In this document: piece by piece, positions 61,361 to 64,000 of the stretch
Position numbering within the stretch: position 1 is the first letter of the stretch
How the letters are laid out: each line of letters starts with the position of its first letter
Source: Octopus sinensis
Lineage: Eukaryota
DNA length: 64,000 nt
Reading direction: 5' to 3'
Assembly: GCF_006345805.1 (NCBI RefSeq)
Contig: NC_043004.1
Span: forward strand, 76,756,001 to 76,820,000
The notes under the pieces: model-generated
What the model was told of the DNA's origin: nothing
Databases searched by the model: none
The model's input: the letters and a program-made list of their open reading frames with translations, nothing else
Translations under genes and position numbers: made by a program

Positions 61361-64000
61361 GTAATAAATAAATATATATATGCTGTTATATATATAACAG
61401 TGTGTGCGTGTGTGCGTGTTTGTGTGTGTGTAAAAGACATTTAAAAAGCTATATTTTAAGAGGAGCTCAAACTAGAAATTTTATCTTGAAATCAGAGCTT
61501 CGAGGAAATGCTTAGCAATCCTTCAAAAGTCAATTTATTTTAGTTTGCTTTTACTAATTGAAAACTGAAAATAGTTTCTAAATAACAAAACTTGAAGCTT
61601 TAAAAAAGCCATTGTATTTGATATTGTGAAATTGAAATATCTCAGCAAGTTAACAGTTAGGTTATTTAATATCTATAGCTTCTTGTTTTTCTTCATTGCA
61701 GTTATCATATATTTTATCATTTGCATGCCAAGAAGTTTTCCTTATCATTCACAATATTCCTTCTTGCAGTATGAGAAGGACAGCTGTTGTTGTTGTTGCT
61801 GTTTAGCTTTCCATTGAAGCAGCCTTTAAATCAAAGGCTTTCCAGCCATAGCCATCTCCTCTTTTTAGGGATATCTGGGACTTGTTTATTCAATGCATAC
61901 GTTCCTTATTTAAAGAAGGGAGAATTTGATTTAAGAAAAATATGGTTGTTATTTCTAGCAGATTTGATGACCAGTGGAGTTTTTTTTTATGATGTCTGTA
62001 TTAATGTGATTTTTCTGTATATAACTGAAGTTTAATTTGACACAGTGAGCAAATATTGACTTTAAAGAGAGGTTGAATGTGTCTGTATGAAGGTATTTAG
62101 CACATTAGTTGATGTATGAAAAGAAAATGAGTAAAAGAGAAAATAAGTGATGGTAATAGAAAAAATACTGAGTTGTGGTAGAGAGCTAGAGAATTAAATC
62201 ATGACAATGAAATGATGATGATGATGATGATGATGAAGATAGTGGTAAAAAAGTTGGATGGATGGATGGCTACACATACATATAGACAGACAGACAGACA
62301 GATAGATAGATAGACAAACAGATACACAGCTAGACAGACAGGTAAACAGATAGACAGACAAACAGGTAACATTTTAAAAAGGATTTTCCTTTGAGTTACT
62401 TATAAATGCATTTCGCTGACAGCTTTATAAAATTAACAAACCTAGCACATATCTTTTCTTTGTTTCTACCTAAAATGTATAACAAAGTTGATACATTTTA
62501 AAGTGTGTAGAAAGAATGCAATTGTTTTCAAATATGTTAATTTGTTTGGGTCACTAAAATATGTTTATACCAGGTGTTCCAGTATGAAGCTTGACTGTAA
62601 TTTTTTGTTGTTGGTATGCAATCTTAATATGTAGACACAAAAAAAACCCTTGTATATTGAGTAGAAGAGACAGTATGCATTATGCATAGCTATCTGAAAC
62701 CAATCTGTATACGATAAAGATCTGTTATTAAATCACCATTATGCCTTAAATCACATTTTTGTGCTCATAAGAGCCTCAAAGTTAGTTAATATTCCATTTA
62801 GTCTACATCAATACCTCCTGCGGAAATGTATATGTTCTATTATTTTATTTAAGCTTAATAATAATAACTTTTTCTCTTAGAGAATAAGCAACAACACGAT
62901 ATAAGTTTTTGGATTTTACTATTTTTCATGAAATGGAGTCAGTTTCAATTCTCATTAGATTACAAATCAAATCATAATTGACTGAAGAAGTGTATGAATC
63001 AGAAGCATCTTAGATAAGATAAATCGTTGTTTTAAGTGTTTGGATAATACAATAAATGATTTCTATCAAATGTGCAAATAGATAAGCAAAAGAAAAAATA
63101 TGTATGCCATCATCATTATCACTTAATTGCATAATTAATTTAGAGAAGTAAGAAATTAATTATGATTGATGTATTTCTTACATGAGTAAATTTTACATAA
63201 TATTTTGTTGCTGTACTGTATTGATAAGTAAAATGCTGTATAGCACAATCATTTGAGCAATCAATATTTTCATATATGATAAACATATGAAAATAGAGTC
63301 CCTTTGGAAAATCTAAAAAGTTGAGGTAAAAATTTATGAAGAGTTTCTCTTAAGGCCAGTAAAATGGATTTTTGTTGTAGAAAAACAAGACAATTTTTAG
63401 ATAAAAATAATCATTGGGAGCTGACAGATTTCAACCAAAATTATAAAAATTGATAACTAATTACTCTGTTAATTATATTGATGTGTGAGAACAATATGAC
63501 ATGCATGCTAATGATTATGATATAACTTAGAGCTTAAGCAACATATTTAAACACACGCAGCTAGTCATGCCGAAGAAGATATTTATAACCATAACAACAT
63601 TCTGATAAAATATGTACTCTGCAATCTAAATACTCATCAATTGTTTTATGCTTTTCATTTGTCACATTAACAAAATTAAGTCCATTCATAAATTCAGTTG
63701 TTTACCTGTCACTTAAATTTTGACATATAATTGCTTTGAGAAGTTTAAGAATACAATACATTGTGATGTTTCTCGCCACAAAAAAAAAAGCTAAAGAAAT
63801 AAAGCAGATGTAAAACAAAAATGTATTTTACTTCTTTAAGTTTTCTCTGGAGATAAACCAAAATGAATTTTCTTTTGTTTTAAATATTAATGCCAACAAA
63901 ATAAATGGAAAATTTAAACACTTACAACAATTGAATTAATCTATGAGTTTTAATGAGGGTCCACATTAATGTTGGGTGAAAACATAAAAGCATTTACCTA

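Noticed and set aside
1-64000. CRISPR arrays, rRNA, intact tRNA genes, operon-like systems
   Set aside because: None seen; the tRNA-like A/B boxes all belong to SINE heads, and the sequence is eukaryotic repeat-rich DNA.

Overview
AT-rich, microsatellite-dense eukaryotic DNA. The repeat inventory (tRNA-SINEs with central microsatellites, RTE LINE tails ending in (GAT)n, TTAA-type MITEs) points to a coleoid cephalopod, most likely Octopus; this is inferred from repeat content, not from a database search. No protein-coding gene could be recognised: the ORF track is mostly microsatellite or transposon-derived, and the few splice-bounded candidate exons are listed at low confidence only. The window reads as intronic or intergenic sequence layered with retroelement remnants (RTE, Penelope-like, Ty3/gypsy, CR1/L2-like), at least four SINE-like families and DNA-transposon derivatives (hAT MITE with an intact 8-bp TSD, two piggyBac-like MITEs, a Helentron-type HINE). 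Most interesting: (1) a 560-bp fold-back element (40204-40763) carrying two oppositely oriented minimal hammerhead-ribozyme motifs, probably Penelope pseudo-LTRs; (2) a U6 snRNA pseudogene joined with no spacer to a full-length tRNA-SINE (41350-41885); (3) a Naiad-like Penelope 5' end with a perfect 43-bp inverted arm; (4) a CpG-rich RTE-5'UTR-like segment with a possible truncated HDV-like ribozyme; (5) a (CT)15 microsatellite that arose inside an RTE ORF.
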